Positions 8,408 to 18,268 of a DNA stretch of 64,000 bases are shown in pieces. Numbering within the stretch: the stretch's first letter is position 1; each line of letters starts with the position of its first letter. The DNA is from an uncultured Armatimonadetes bacterium. GTDB lineage: Bacteria > Armatimonadota > UBA5829 > DTJY01. The DNA is taken from positions 2,528,001 through 2,592,000 of the forward strand of contig OY970325.1 of assembly GCA_963717145.1 (NCBI GenBank). Direction: 5' to 3'. Below the pieces are notes generated by a model, which saw only the letters and a program-made list of their open reading frames with translations, made no database searches and was not told the DNA's origin. The position numbers and the translations under genes were made by a program.

Positions 8408-11374
8408 ATGGAGACTTGGAGGCGCTGGGACGGTCCCGATACTTCATCCGATTATCTCAGCCTCTTAGCTGGATGTGCCAGCGAGGCGCTGTATACCCTT
8501 TTCGGACGGCTGTATTACAGCGTCGCGGGACAGCCGATGAAGGAGGTCCTGGACTTCGCCAACCAGTGCTACGTACAGGCCAAGGATAACCAGGCATGGG
8601 ACGACATCTTAGCGCGATTCGCGGCTTCAGGGGCACCAGGTATGTTCGCCATGGTCGGCGACGCGGGAGTGGGTAAGACCGAGTATCTCTCTCACTTTGC
8701 TTTCGAGACGTGCGCTCTAACCGGGGACAGCCCGACAGTTGCACTATTCGTCTCATTTGATACAGGAGGCGCACACTGGACCGATAAGATCAATCGAAAC
8801 ATCGACCAATTCATATGCGAGAACTATCGTGTTCTTTCCCAGCTTCATGCTGATCTGCCTGAGCAGATAGCTGTTTTTCGGAAGGCCTTCGGATATGATA
8901 CAGACCTTGATCCTACACCCTCAGGTTTTGATATTGTCCGCGTGCTTCGAACAAAGATAATGGGCCGCGTTGTGGAAGGCTTGAGAAGCAAGGGTCGGAA
9001 TCTGCTGTTGATTATAGACAATGTGGATCAGAGCGACACCAGACAACAAGAGGATCTCATTTCGAGAAGAGAGGAACTCCACAGGGAACTCCCTTGTCCT
9101 GTAGTGGTCTCCATACGGCCAGAGACGGCGGCACGATTGCGTCGCGACCTCGGCCGGCTCTTTAGTGTGTTGCCATCGTTTCGAAGAAAGATGCCCGCGC
9201 CGTTGGCTGAAGTGTTGGAGCGTCGCATTCGTTACCTGATCGACTACGGTGCACAGGACCGACGTTTCAGCGGGCTTGTAATACCAGTTTACCACGGTGC
9301 GGGCCGTGTTACAGTGGATTTCTCTGTTGTCCTGCAGGGCTTGTTGACGTTGATGCAGCAGCCGTTCTGCGTTACGCCAACTTCACCCGCGGTCACGTTT
9401 CTTGATCTAGCCAGCCGGCTGTGTAACGAGACCAGCCTCACAGCGGCTCTCACCCAGATCGTAGGCACGCTCGCGTCCGGACACCTGCCCGCTGAACTCA
9501 TGACACGTGTCATGTCAGGCTATAGACTTGACCTTGTGGATCCTGAAGCGCTGATTGCCGCGCTAGTGCTAGGCTCAGACACGCGGTATACCGAATACGC
9601 TGAGCACGGAAGGGCAGGGAGTTCGGTGATCAATCTGTATGACTGCAACCTGCGCCAGATGCCACGAGGACCGCTTTACACGTGGCTCAGGCCTCTATGT
9701 TTGATAGCACCCCATGCGGAATCGGGCCCAATCCCGCACGCTGAGCTGGTATCTAGTATGTGCCAAGCGTGGCCTCAGAGAGTTTGCTCAGAAGACGTTG
9801 AAGCGACAGTCCGCCTGCTCCTAGGCCACCGCCTACTGAATGAAGATAACGATGGCTTATCAATCACTCACGCCGGAGAGTCGTATATCGACACGCTTGC
9901 CGTTTCCCGGGTCTACCTTGATTCCGTCCATCGACGAACCATGCGGGATGACGAGCCACTTGCTGCCCACCGAGGAAGAAGTCGTCTGGTTCGTGATATT
10001 CTTGCTTTTGAAGTGTTTCTCTCGCGCACCCTCAGAGAACTCACGGAAACCTGCGAGGCTGAGAGGGTAGAAGCATGGCTGGGATTCCTGGGAGAATACA
10101 CACTTAATAGAATAACGCTGCGCACCCAGGACTACGTTCAGCGCCTACTTGCCAGACAGGTGCATACGACGGAATGGGTCTGTAGTGACTGCCCGCAATG
10201 TGTCCTCTTCGGAAAGCGAGCGTCTGTTCCAAAGGAGATCACCGCAAGACTGGATTATCCCAACCCATGGCTGGCAATGGAGGCATCGGATGTGGCCGTC
10301 GAGACCGGAGCGACCTGGACACAGATGCGTTATTTCTTTGATGGCGAAGTACTGTCTGTCATATGCAGTGAACCCACCGCTTGTGGTGCACCATGCCCGG
10401 GACCGGTCCGTTTGGATCTCACGGGTTGGATCGACTCGGACACCTACAATGGTGAGTCTGCTTTAAATCGCCAAGTGCTCGAAGAAGAAGACAGACCGCG
10501 CCACGTGACCAGGAATGGTGGACCAAGCAACGGCGACCTTCGAGTCCGTATCAGCTACGCGGAGATAGACTCCGCTACTGCGAGACGGGTGGTTGCTCAA
10601 CTCGCAGCAGACGGAGTTCTAGTCGACCAAGCGAACTACAGCGCATCTGTGCAGGGGTCAGCGGGGCTAGTCGGTACGGTTCTGGCCGCAGGAGACTGTC
10701 TTATCGTCTTGCTGTCACCCGGGGCAGTAGAGTCCGCTGAGTTGCGGCCCATTCTGGAGGGGGTGGGGTCTGGTGAACTGTCTAGCAGAGACATAACCGT
10801 CATTCTGGCGATGATCGAAGACTGCGAGGTTCCGGATGAACTGAGGGACTACTGCCTCTTAGATATGCGAACAAGCTTCAGCGAGGGCGTGTCAACACTA
10901 GCAAGAAAGCTGCGGTCGGCAAGTAGGCTGGATTTCTCCAAACTGAACGATGACGAGTTCCAAAGGCTTGCGCTCAATGTCGCGGAGAGGCTGGGATTTG
11001 TTGAGTGGGCTCTGGATGGGACAGATCAACCAGCCGGCGATGCAGCCTCTATACCAGCCGACACGGTGTTGGCGCATCGTGACATGCCGACTGCGGTGTC
11101 TGCTGAGACCTGGGTGATTGCTGCCAGATTGTACCCACAGGCTAGGGTCGATCTCAGGTCTCTACGCCGGCTCCGCGAGAATGTGCACAAACACGCCGGA
11201 TTGAAGGGCGGTCTTCTTGTGACAAACACTCATCTAACTTCCGCGGCACAACATTGGCTCCGCGAAACTCAGAACGATCCCCCAATGATTCAGGTCATAG
11301 ACGGGGCAAGACTGAAGACTCTGTTACTGCAGTACGACGATCTGGCTGAAAAATACTTCCGACGCAGCTGTTGA
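8408..11374 (+). CDS. Multidomain protein: P-loop NTPase + TIR-like domain + Mrr-like restriction endonuclease fold
   Basis: Walker A GDAGVGKT, Walker B LLLIIDNVD; TIR-like VRISYAEIDS...LIVLLSP..V.S...IEDCEVPDEL; Mrr-like DFSKLNDDEFQRL...LGF...GGLLVTN...IQVIDGARLKTLL; RBS AAGGAG; codon style differs from flanking genes. Confidence 0.7.
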   Translation: METWRRWDGPDTSSDYLSLLAGCASEALYTLFGRLYYSVAGQPMKEVLDFANQCYVQAKDNQAWDDILARFAASGAPGMFAMVGDAGVGKTEYLSHFAFETCALTGDSPTVALFVSFDTGGAHWTDKINRNIDQFICENYRVLSQLHADLPEQIAVFRKAFGYDTDLDPTPSGFDIVRVLRTKIMGRVVEGLRSKGRNLLLIIDNVDQSDTRQQEDLISRREELHRELPCPVVVSIRPETAARLRRDLGRLFSVLPSFRRKMPAPLAEVLERRIRYLIDYGAQDRRFSGLVIPVYHGAGRVTVDFSVVLQGLLTLMQQPFCVTPTSPAVTFLDLASRLCNETSLTAALTQIVGTLASGHLPAELMTRVMSGYRLDLVDPEALIAALVLGSDTRYTEYAEHGRAGSSVINLYDCNLRQMPRGPLYTWLRPLCLIAPHAESGPIPHAELVSSMCQAWPQRVCSEDVEATVRLLLGHRLLNEDNDGLSITHAGESYIDTLAVSRVYLDSVHRRTMRDDEPLAAHRGRSRLVRDILAFEVFLSRTLRELTETCEAERVEAWLGFLGEYTLNRITLRTQDYVQRLLARQVHTTEWVCSDCPQCVLFGKRASVPKEITARLDYPNPWLAMEASDVAVETGATWTQMRYFFDGEVLSVICSEPTACGAPCPGPVRLDLTGWIDSDTYNGESALNRQVLEEEDRPRHVTRNGGPSNGDLRVRISYAEIDSATARRVVAQLAADGVLVDQANYSASVQGSAGLVGTVLAAGDCLIVLLSPGAVESAELRPILEGVGSGELSSRDITVILAMIEDCEVPDELRDYCLLDMRTSFSEGVSTLARKLRSASRLDFSKLNDDEFQRLALNVAERLGFVEWALDGTDQPAGDAASIPADTVLAHRDMPTAVSAETWVIAARLYPQARVDLRSLRRLRENVHKHAGLKGGLLVTNTHLTSAAQHWLRETQNDPPMIQVIDGARLKTLLLQYDDLAEKYFRRSC

Positions 11375-11378
11375 AGAG

Positions 11379-11918
11379 ATGAATCTCGCCACTGATTTCG
11401 TCAATAGACTCGAATGCTGTCCAGCGGGTCAGAAGGGATGGAGAACCTTTGAAGACCTGTGCGTGGACATTCTCATCCACCTATTCGTTCCGCCGCTATC
11501 TGCACCCAGAGTCCAGTCCAGTTCGACTTCCTGTACAGACCGACGCGATGCCATCTTTCCGAACAGAAATCTGTCGGATATCACCCCATGGGGGTTTCTA
11601 TTCCACGACCTCAAAGCTCGAATGATATTGTTCGACTTTAAGAACTATCATAGCAAAGAGATAGGTAAAGACCAGGTAGATCAGATTGCGGCCTATATGA
11701 GAGAACCCTGGGGTCAGCTCGCGCTGGCAGTGTGTAGCAAGGAGCCTTCCCCGAGTGCTCGAGTACGTCAGCGTGCCCTGCTTGACCGCAAAGGGACGGT
11801 GATAGTTCTCTTGACAAAGGAGCAACTCAAGGAAATGCTCTATATCAAGGAGCGAGGTGATGATCCTGCTCGCCTGATCTTGGACTTGATCGAAGACCTG
11901 TACTGCTCATCCGACTGA
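11379..11918 (+). CDS. PD-(D/E)XK restriction-endonuclease-like protein
   Basis: CPAG..GW..FE.LC..IL..LF.PPL...RRDAIFPN...ILFDFKNY (E...D...DxK); starts 4 bp after the previous stop. Confidence 0.7.
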   Translation: MNLATDFVNRLECCPAGQKGWRTFEDLCVDILIHLFVPPLSAPRVQSSSTSCTDRRDAIFPNRNLSDITPWGFLFHDLKARMILFDFKNYHSKEIGKDQVDQIAAYMREPWGQLALAVCSKEPSPSARVRQRALLDRKGTVIVLLTKEQLKEMLYIKERGDDPARLILDLIEDLYCSSD

Positions 11919-12074
11919 CGGCATAGCCGAATGGCATCGATTTTCGTGCAGACTTGGTAATCCGTCCCATTCACCTCCCGATTCGTGAGCGGTATGGCAG
12001 CAGTATGAGCCCGCATGAGACAGATGGGACGTATGGGACCGATGTGACGCTCTGTCCCTATTCGCCCATTCGTG

Positions 12075-13277
12075 CTATTCGTGTTTCCCATACTGCCATG
12101 CCGCGTCGTAGCAGGCGACCACGTTCGTGGGCGGGACGTTCGACTGGACGTTGTGGATCTGGTTGAACACGAACCCGCCGCCGGGTGCAAAGATCTCGAT
12201 GCGCTCGCGGACATGTCGGTCGATCTCCTCGGGCGTCGCATTCGGGAGCACCGACTGCGTATCGCATCCCCCACCCCAGAACGTCAACTTGTCGCCGAAC
12301 TCCTTCTTGAGCCGCCGAGGATCCATCCCCGCGGCCGAGGTCTGGACCGGGTTGAGCGCCTCGACGCCCTCGTCCACCAGGTCGCCCATAATGTCGTAGC
12401 ACGATCCGCAGGCGTGGAGGAAGACGTGGACGTCCGAGTGCTCACGGATGAACCGGTACTGCTTCGTGTGGCGCGGCTTGACGACCCGCCGATAGAGATC
12501 GGGCGAGAGCATGGTCGCGGTCTGCGTGCCGAGATCATCGCCCATCTGGATGAGTTGGACGTACGGGCCGATCGCCTGCAGGTATGTGCGCAGGTCCTCC
12601 ATGTAGACCTCCACCATCTTGTCGAGCGCGTAATCGACGACCTCGCTGCCGAGCGCGATCTCCATCATGAACCGCTCCCATCCGAAGGCGTTCTGGCCGC
12701 CCTCCAGGATGTTTCCGCCGAATCCGAACATGATCGCGTAGTCCGTGTTCTCATAGAGCCACTTCGTCCGCTCGATCAGCGGTGTCAGGCGCTTCGGATC
12801 GGCGGGCTTCATATCTAATAAACGGTCCACGTCGGCAAAAGTTACGGCCTCAGCGAGAGGATTGTGGCACGGCTCGAAGTAGAGGCATCCCTCGGGCATG
12901 CGCTGGATGTCGCGGCCGGCCGCATCACGAATCACGAGTCCTCCCGCACACGGAACGGGGTTGAAACCGACAGGGACCTTGGCGGGCGAGCCGTCCGGGA
13001 GCGTCCAGTCCTTCCACTCCTCAGCCCACCGGCCGAGCATATTGAGACTATCGAGCACATCGACGTGGAAGCGGTCGAGAATCGGCTGCTCGGGGAGCGC
13101 GAGTTGCTGCATGGTATCATAGACGCGGGTCTCGCCCCCGGTGATGCCGAGGTGCGCCTTGAGTCTGTTGTACGCGATCGCCATGATGCCGGTCGAGCGC
13201 ATCCCGCCGAAGTCGATCGGCACGCGGTCCGGCTCCTTGTGCGCGAGGGTGGTCAGAACTCTCTCTCGTGAGGTCAT
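12075..13277 (-). CDS. Uroporphyrinogen decarboxylase (URO-D)/methyltransferase family protein
   Basis: MTSRERV..L.H.EPDRVPID; GDDLGTQ; HACG; LNPVQTSA..MDP..LK.EFG..LTFWGG; RBS AAGGAGG before ATG 13277. Confidence 0.9.
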   Translation of the reverse strand: MTSRERVLTTLAHKEPDRVPIDFGGMRSTGIMAIAYNRLKAHLGITGGETRVYDTMQQLALPEQPILDRFHVDVLDSLNMLGRWAEEWKDWTLPDGSPAKVPVGFNPVPCAGGLVIRDAAGRDIQRMPEGCLYFEPCHNPLAEAVTFADVDRLLDMKPADPKRLTPLIERTKWLYENTDYAIMFGFGGNILEGGQNAFGWERFMMEIALGSEVVDYALDKMVEVYMEDLRTYLQAIGPYVQLIQMGDDLGTQTATMLSPDLYRRVVKPRHTKQYRFIREHSDVHVFLHACGSCYDIMGDLVDEGVEALNPVQTSAAGMDPRRLKKEFGDKLTFWGGGCDTQSVLPNATPEEIDRHVRERIEIFAPGGGFVFNQIHNVQSNVPPTNVVACYDAAWQYGKHE

Positions 13278-13331
13278 TGATGTCCTCCTTGTTTGTGGGA
13301 CTTTTCGGCGGTGTTGGGGAAAAGTCCTTGG

Positions 13332-13452
13332 AACCGCCAAGACGCCAAGTCCGCCAAGGAAGGGGAACCACAGAGACACAGAGGGCACAGAAGAATTCCG
13401 GATTAGCGGTTTCTTTCCGTATTTTCCTTCTGCTTCCGTGCTTCCGTGTTCT
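13332..13452. repeat. Cluster of short imperfect tandem repeats
   Basis: aaccgccaagacgccaagtccgccaagg; aaccacagagacacagagggcacagaag; ttctgcttccgtgcttccgtgttct; reverse-complement relatives at 23114-23142 and 39777-39803. Confidence 0.7.
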
Positions 13453-15505
13453 ACGCCTTTCGATCGCCAAAGAACCTCTGCACATCGGCCATGTTGACCG
13501 TGACGGGGCACTGGGGGAGGAAGCGGATGAACTCCTTGCCATACATCTTCTTGATCAGCCGCGAGTCGAGGATCGCGACGACTCCCCGGTCGAGCTTCGT
13601 GCGGATGAGGCGTCCGAATCCCTGCTTGAGCCTGATCTGCGCCTGGGGCATCGAGAAATCGCGGAACCAGTCGCCGCCGGATGCCATGATCGCATCGGTG
13701 CGCGCCTTGTTGACCGGGCTGTCCGGCACGGCGAACGGGAGCTTGTCGATCACCACGATGCTGAGCGCCTCGCCCCGGATATCGACGCCCTCCCAGAAGC
13801 TGTGGACGCCGAACAGGCATGCTTGATCCTGCTCCAAGAACGACTGGACGAGCGCCTCGTTCGACATGTCGCCCTGCTTCATCATGGTAAACGGCAGCCG
13901 CCCGAACAGCCTATCGTAGACGGCATTGAGCATCCGGTATGAGGTGAAGAGCAGGAACGCCCGCCCGCCGGACGCCCGCACAAGCTGCTCGATCTCCTCG
14001 GCGACGGCATCCGTGTACATCGGATTCTCGGACGGGAATTCGAGATGCCGCGGGATGTAGAGCATGCACTGCGTGGTGAAGTCGAACGGCGAATCCTGCG
14101 CGGTCTCGACGCACTCGGGCACTCCGAGCCGGCCCCGGAGGTAGCCGAACGTGCCGGAGTTCGTGAGCGTCGCCGAGGTCAGCACGACGCTGTCGATCTC
14201 CTTCCAGAGGTTCTGCTTGAGGATATCCGCCACGGAGAGCGGCGAGTATCGGAGGAAACACGGGCCACCCGTATCCCCACGCCGTTCGGGAGGGAGTTGG
14301 ACTCCCTCCCGCGACACTAGGGCTGGGAGTTCAACTCCCGATTGAGTCCTGCGGGAGGGAGTCCAACTCCCTCCCGAACGGCGTGGGGATGCTCCGCGCT
14401 CGCCCCACTTGAAGAAGCCCTTCTCCGTGCCGAAGAAGAGGAGCGTCATCTCCTCCTTCAAACGCGCGGTCATCCTGCGCAGGCCCGAGAGCCGGTCCTC
14501 GAGTTCGGGCTTGCCGGTTGTATCCTGCTCGGTCAGCTCGCGGTTGAGCCCATCGAGCATCGAACAGATGACCTTGACTGTCTCCTCGACCTCCGACTTA
14601 CTGTTTCCGCGACAAACCTCATGCAGGAAGAACTCCTGCTTTGGGTGGCCGGCGAAGAAGTCGAAGAGCGCGCGGTTCAGTTCGTCGAGTGTCTGTATCC
14701 GCTGGGGATCGAGGCCGATGCCCTTGACGCGCTTGATCCGCTTCAGGAGACTCGGCACGCGGAAGCTCGCACACTCGATGCCGAACGCCTTAGTGGCGAT
14801 GTCCTCCAGGTGATGGGCCTCATCGAAGATCACGGCATCGTATGCGGGGAGGACCCCCGCGTTCGGGTCGGACATCCGGATGCCGAGATCGGCGAAAAAG
14901 AGCGAATGGTTCGTGATGATGACATTGGCGTCCTGGGCCTCGCGCCGCATCTTGTAGTAGAAGCACTTTCCGACGAATCGGCACTGCTGATTGTGGCAGG
15001 TATCCTGGTTCGAGCAGATGTCCGACCAGTCGCCGAACTGGAAATCCAACTCGCCGACGTCGCCGGTCTCGGTCTCGGCCGCCCACTTCTCGAGCTTCCT
15101 GAGGTTCGGGTCGCCGATGAGGTGAAGCTGCCCGGACTCGGCGTCGAAACTGTTCATGCAGAGGTAGTTTCCCCGGCCCTTGACCACTACGGCCTTGATC
15201 TTCCGCTCGGGGAAGACGCTCTGAAGGAATGGGATGTCCTTGTTGAGAAGCTGGCTCTGGAGGTAGATGGTATGCGTGGAGACGATGACTTTCTTCCCGG
15301 TGAGGCTGAACTCGATCGCCGGGAGCAGGTAGGCCATGCTCTTCCCGACGCCGGTGCCGGCCTCCGCGAGGCAGTGGTGCTTCGAGGCGAGCGCGCGCTC
15401 GATAGCGAGCGCGACCTCGATCTGCTGAGGCCGGTATTCGTAACCCGGCATCCGTTCTGCAATCAGTCCACTTGGGCCAAGCGCCCGCTCCAAGTCCATC
15501 TTCAA
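13451..15505 (-). CDS. dinG: ATP-dependent DNA helicase, DinG/YoaA family (carries an in-frame palindrome insertion)
   Basis: EAGTGVGKS, KGRGNYLC, Fe-S cysteines, DEAH, TSATL, FWEGVD, KLPF..P, QGFGRLIR. Confidence 0.93.
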   Translation of the reverse strand: MKMDLERALGPSGLIAERMPGYEYRPQQIEVALAIERALASKHHCLAEAGTGVGKSMAYLLPAIEFSLTGKKVIVSTHTIYLQSQLLNKDIPFLQSVFPERKIKAVVVKGRGNYLCMNSFDAESGQLHLIGDPNLRKLEKWAAETETGDVGELDFQFGDWSDICSNQDTCHNQQCRFVGKCFYYKMRREAQDANVIITNHSLFFADLGIRMSDPNAGVLPAYDAVIFDEAHHLEDIATKAFGIECASFRVPSLLKRIKRVKGIGLDPQRIQTLDELNRALFDFFAGHPKQEFFLHEVCRGNSKSEVEETVKVICSMLDGLNRELTEQDTTGKPELEDRLSGLRRMTARLKEEMTLLFFGTEKGFFKWGERGASPRRSGGSWTPSRRTQSGVELPALVSREGVQLPPERRGDTGGPCFLRYSPLSVADILKQNLWKEIDSVVLTSATLTNSGTFGYLRGRLGVPECVETAQDSPFDFTTQCMLYIPRHLEFPSENPMYTDAVAEEIEQLVRASGGRAFLLFTSYRMLNAVYDRLFGRLPFTMMKQGDMSNEALVQSFLEQDQACLFGVHSFWEGVDIRGEALSIVVIDKLPFAVPDSPVNKARTDAIMASGGDWFRDFSMPQAQIRLKQGFGRLIRTKLDRGVVAILDSRLIKKMYGKEFIRFLPQCPVTVNMADVQRFFGDRKA
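14273..14390. repeat. REPIN-like palindromic element inside dinG
   Basis: Perfect 40-bp inverted arms at 14273-14312 and 14351-14390; each contains gggagggag-N5-ctccctccc; a third degenerate unit lies in the spacer. Confidence 0.92.
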
Positions 15506-15560
15506 GCCTCGAACACACGTTCCAACGCATCATTATAGGAGAAATGACGGGAGGGAGCAA

Positions 15561-15650
15561 GGAAATGGGGAATGGTTGATGGTTCATGGTTAGTGGCGGA
15601 CGGAGGTCTGCTTCCCATCAACCATGAACCATCAACCATTCCCCATTCCC
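15561..15650. repeat. Inverted pair of heptamer arrays (ATGGTTG)n / (CAACCAT)n
   Basis: ggaaatggggaatggttgatggttcatggtt ... ccatcaaccatgaaccatcaaccattccccattccc. Confidence 0.85.
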
Positions 15651-15654
15651 AAAA

Positions 15655-15684
15655 CAAAACCCCGGAGTCGGAACCCGGGGTTTG
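15655..15684 (-). terminator. Putative intrinsic terminator after the anti-sigma gene
   Basis: aaaccccgg-loop-ccggggttt hairpin followed by a T-rich tract on the minus strand. Confidence 0.6.
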
Positions 15685-15717
15685 TATCTGAATGCCACCA
15701 TGCAGGTGTCAACTACG

Positions 15718-16821
15718 TCAGTTCTTGAACGGCCGGTCGACGTACACGGCCTTGTCTATGAACGCCCAGTCCAGGTCGATCGGCTTCAAGACCTTCCAGA
15801 GTGTGCTGTTCACGTCCTCTGAACCGACCTCGACTACCGCCGGCTTCTTGCTAAGCGATCCGTTGGCGATAATCGTCTTGCCGTAGTCCTGCGAGATCAT
15901 CTGCAGGATTCCGTACAGGGTTCGGTTTCCGCCTCGCATACCCGATCCCGACGTGACACCCAAGGCGTCGCTCGAGATCGGTCTTGCATCCTTATTCGGG
16001 ATGAACACGAGCTTCGAGAACGGAGTTTTGCGGAACTGATACGTGACAAGCAATGTGATCGGCACGGGCTCGCCCTTGGAATTGCTGATCCCCGGGACGG
16101 TCAACTGGACCGGACTGTCGCCGAGCACGTTACCGCTCCACATGGGCTTCCGGTCGCCGCCGGGATACAGGGCATATGTCCCGACTGGGAGCACGTATAC
16201 CTGGGCCGGAATTCTGTTCGTCACATCGCGGGCAAGCGCCTTATTGTTGATCGTGAGGATCAACTCATAGTAGCTGCTTCCGGCACAAAACTCAGTCGAT
16301 GTCACCGAGACCCAGAGGGCATTGCCCAGCCGGGTACGGGACTGCCAGTCTTCCTTGGAGTCGGATGCGGGGGCGGCCGACAGTTCATCGTCCGGTCTGC
16401 CTCCCACGCCACTGACGGACGTTCCTGGGTCCTGACCGCCAAACTGCTTGAGCACGCCCTGCGGCACGTTCAGCAGCACCATCGCGAGGATGGCGCCGGC
16501 ACATGCCACCGCGAGTGCTCGGGCGGGCAGCAGTCGCCCGAAGACATAGTCCCACGTCACGCCGAGGAAGCCCTGCTTGACGGCTCTCTTCTCTTCGTGC
16601 TGGAGTCGGGCAGCCCTCATGACCACATCGTGGCGGAAGCTCGAGGGAGGCTCGACCTCAGGCAGGGTACCGATCACATCCCAGGCGCGACCGAACGACT
16701 TGAGGTCGCCCCTGCAGCCGTCGCACTGGTCAATGTGGGCTCGCACTGTCGCGGTCAACGCGTAGTCAATGCTGCCTTCCAGGTATTCCGAGAATAATTC
16801 TTTCGCTCTTTCGCACTTCAT
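15718..16821 (-). CDS. Zinc-finger (zf-HC2) membrane anti-sigma factor
   Basis: C..A...FSEYLEG...HIDQCDGC (HxxxCxxC); one TM segment; downstream of an ECF sigma. Confidence 0.88.
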   Translation of the reverse strand: MKCERAKELFSEYLEGSIDYALTATVRAHIDQCDGCRGDLKSFGRAWDVIGTLPEVEPPSSFRHDVVMRAARLQHEEKRAVKQGFLGVTWDYVFGRLLPARALAVACAGAILAMVLLNVPQGVLKQFGGQDPGTSVSGVGGRPDDELSAAPASDSKEDWQSRTRLGNALWVSVTSTEFCAGSSYYELILTINNKALARDVTNRIPAQVYVLPVGTYALYPGGDRKPMWSGNVLGDSPVQLTVPGISNSKGEPVPITLLVTYQFRKTPFSKLVFIPNKDARPISSDALGVTSGSGMRGGNRTLYGILQMISQDYGKTIIANGSLSKKPAVVEVGSEDVNSTLWKVLKPIDLDWAFIDKAVYVDRPFKN

Positions 16822-16948
16822 GGAAAGTCCTCTCCCTCACCTCATACATCGCCAGTCGAATGTGTGGTCAGATCCGGGCTCTGACTCTCCTGATCGGTCC
16901 CTTGAGGTGCGGAACTTCCAGGTCCTGATTTTCACTAATTCGACGGCG

Positions 16949-17593
16949 CTATAGGTCGAAAAGTTCCAGTACCGGCCCAAGTTTGTCCCTGAGCGCAAGC
17001 CGGGCTCGATTGAGTCTCGACTTGACGGTACCGATTGGCAACCCCATAATCTCAGCGATTTCCTCGTAAGACTTCCCTTGTGTATGAAATAAGAGGACCA
17101 TAGCCCGCTGATAATCGGGGAGTTGCTGGATGACTGACTGGAGCACATCTGCGCGCTCCCTTGCTTCCAGCAGCTCTTGCGGGCCTGGCGACGAGTCTTC
17201 GATCTGGCGGGTTACCGTGCTTTCGTCCAGATCGATGTACTCGTCCAAGGGAATATTCATGTGAGCTTTCGACCTTTTCCGTTCGTCAAGGTAGAGGTTA
17301 GTGACTACGCGGAAGAGCCATGTTGAGAAGTTTGCATCCCCCCTAAATGAATCAATTGCGTGAAAAACCTTGATGAAGGCCTCCCCCGCTATATCGTTTG
17401 CGTCGTCGTAGTTTCCGGCGAGACGGTAGGCGAAGTTGTATACCTGTTTCTCGTACATGCGCACGAGATCGTCAAAGGCAGACAGATCGCCCTGCTTGCA
17501 CCTTTCGATTATCGCGCATTCGTTTCGACGCACGTTTTTTGCATCACCACGCGTCTGCACGATGCCGCTCTCCAGTCCCTCGACCCCGTCCAA
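16949..17593 (-). CDS. ECF RNA polymerase sigma factor (SigW/SigE-like)
   Basis: GD..AFD.LV..Y; DANDIAGEAF; F.TWL.RV..N; SYEEIAEIMGLPIGTVKSRLNRAR. Confidence 0.95.
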   Translation of the reverse strand: MDGVEGLESGIVQTRGDAKNVRRNECAIIERCKQGDLSAFDDLVRMYEKQVYNFAYRLAGNYDDANDIAGEAFIKVFHAIDSFRGDANFSTWLFRVVTNLYLDERKRSKAHMNIPLDEYIDLDESTVTRQIEDSSPGPQELLEARERADVLQSVIQQLPDYQRAMVLLFHTQGKSYEEIAEIMGLPIGTVKSRLNRARLALRDKLGPVLELFDL

Positions 17594-17610
17594 AGCTGAC
17601 CTCGACTACC

Positions 17611-17636
17611 GACGTTTCGCGGGTCAAGTCGTTACA
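17611..17636 (-). promoter_or_regulatory. Putative autoregulatory ECF promoter
   Basis: TGTAAC-N16-CGTC on the minus strand just upstream of the sigma start (AAC/CGT ECF consensus). Confidence 0.6.
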
Positions 17637-18268
17637 CTAAGCGTTCCCAATCGGGTTGGCGCTCTATGCATAACGGAATTTCTGCACCGCGATCTCGGAT
17701 TCCTTCCGCTCACCGAAGCGGGCGGAAAACACTACAGGTCACAGGCTGCACGACACGGTATAAGGAACCGGCCCCGGTCACTCTCGAACGCACCGTGATT
17801 GCCGTCTACGTCCAGTGCATCTCCAACACGGCTTTCTCACGCCACATAAGGTTCGGATCAGTCGACCAGGTTCGGTCGGCTGAGTTCGGATTCCGATTAA
17901 GGAAAGATGCCATCAGGAGTGCATTACAGCTCTTTTATATGGAATCCGAATCGCCGAACAGATCAGGGCCAGTCCCGAATCGCGGCCGTTTTCAGCAGTC
18001 CACTATGACCTTGTGAAGGTACGCTCCCGTTCGCCACGGGTGACAGATCGTATGAAGGACTGATATGAAGGTATGATTGCGGGATTTCTCCCACTTCGTA
18101 TGACGGCGTTACCTGCCGGCAAGGTTCCCAGTGCGTGTCCGGTTTTTTGGACTTTTCTTCAACCCTGAACGCACCCGTCCCCGTGCCTTGGCTCTCACGC
18201 AGCCCGGAGAACCCTCCTATCGTCCGCTTCTATTATATCACTTTTTGCCGAGCGCGGGCACCCTGAAA

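Noticed and set aside
12075-13277. True hemE assignment for the URO-D-like genes
   Set aside because: HemE-specific MRQAGRY motif is absent; these look like the broader paralog family found near sugar genes
12075-13820. N-terminal extensions given by the ORF track (URO-D, pyrH, frr, dxr, dprA, nucleotidyltransferase, PEP-CTERM 21310)
   Set aside because: They overlap neighbouring genes or repeats; family N-termini and RBS positions point to downstream starts
14273-14390. Intein or self-splicing intron in dinG or trmFO
   Set aside because: Inserts are too short and lack intein terminal residues and group I/II intron hallmarks
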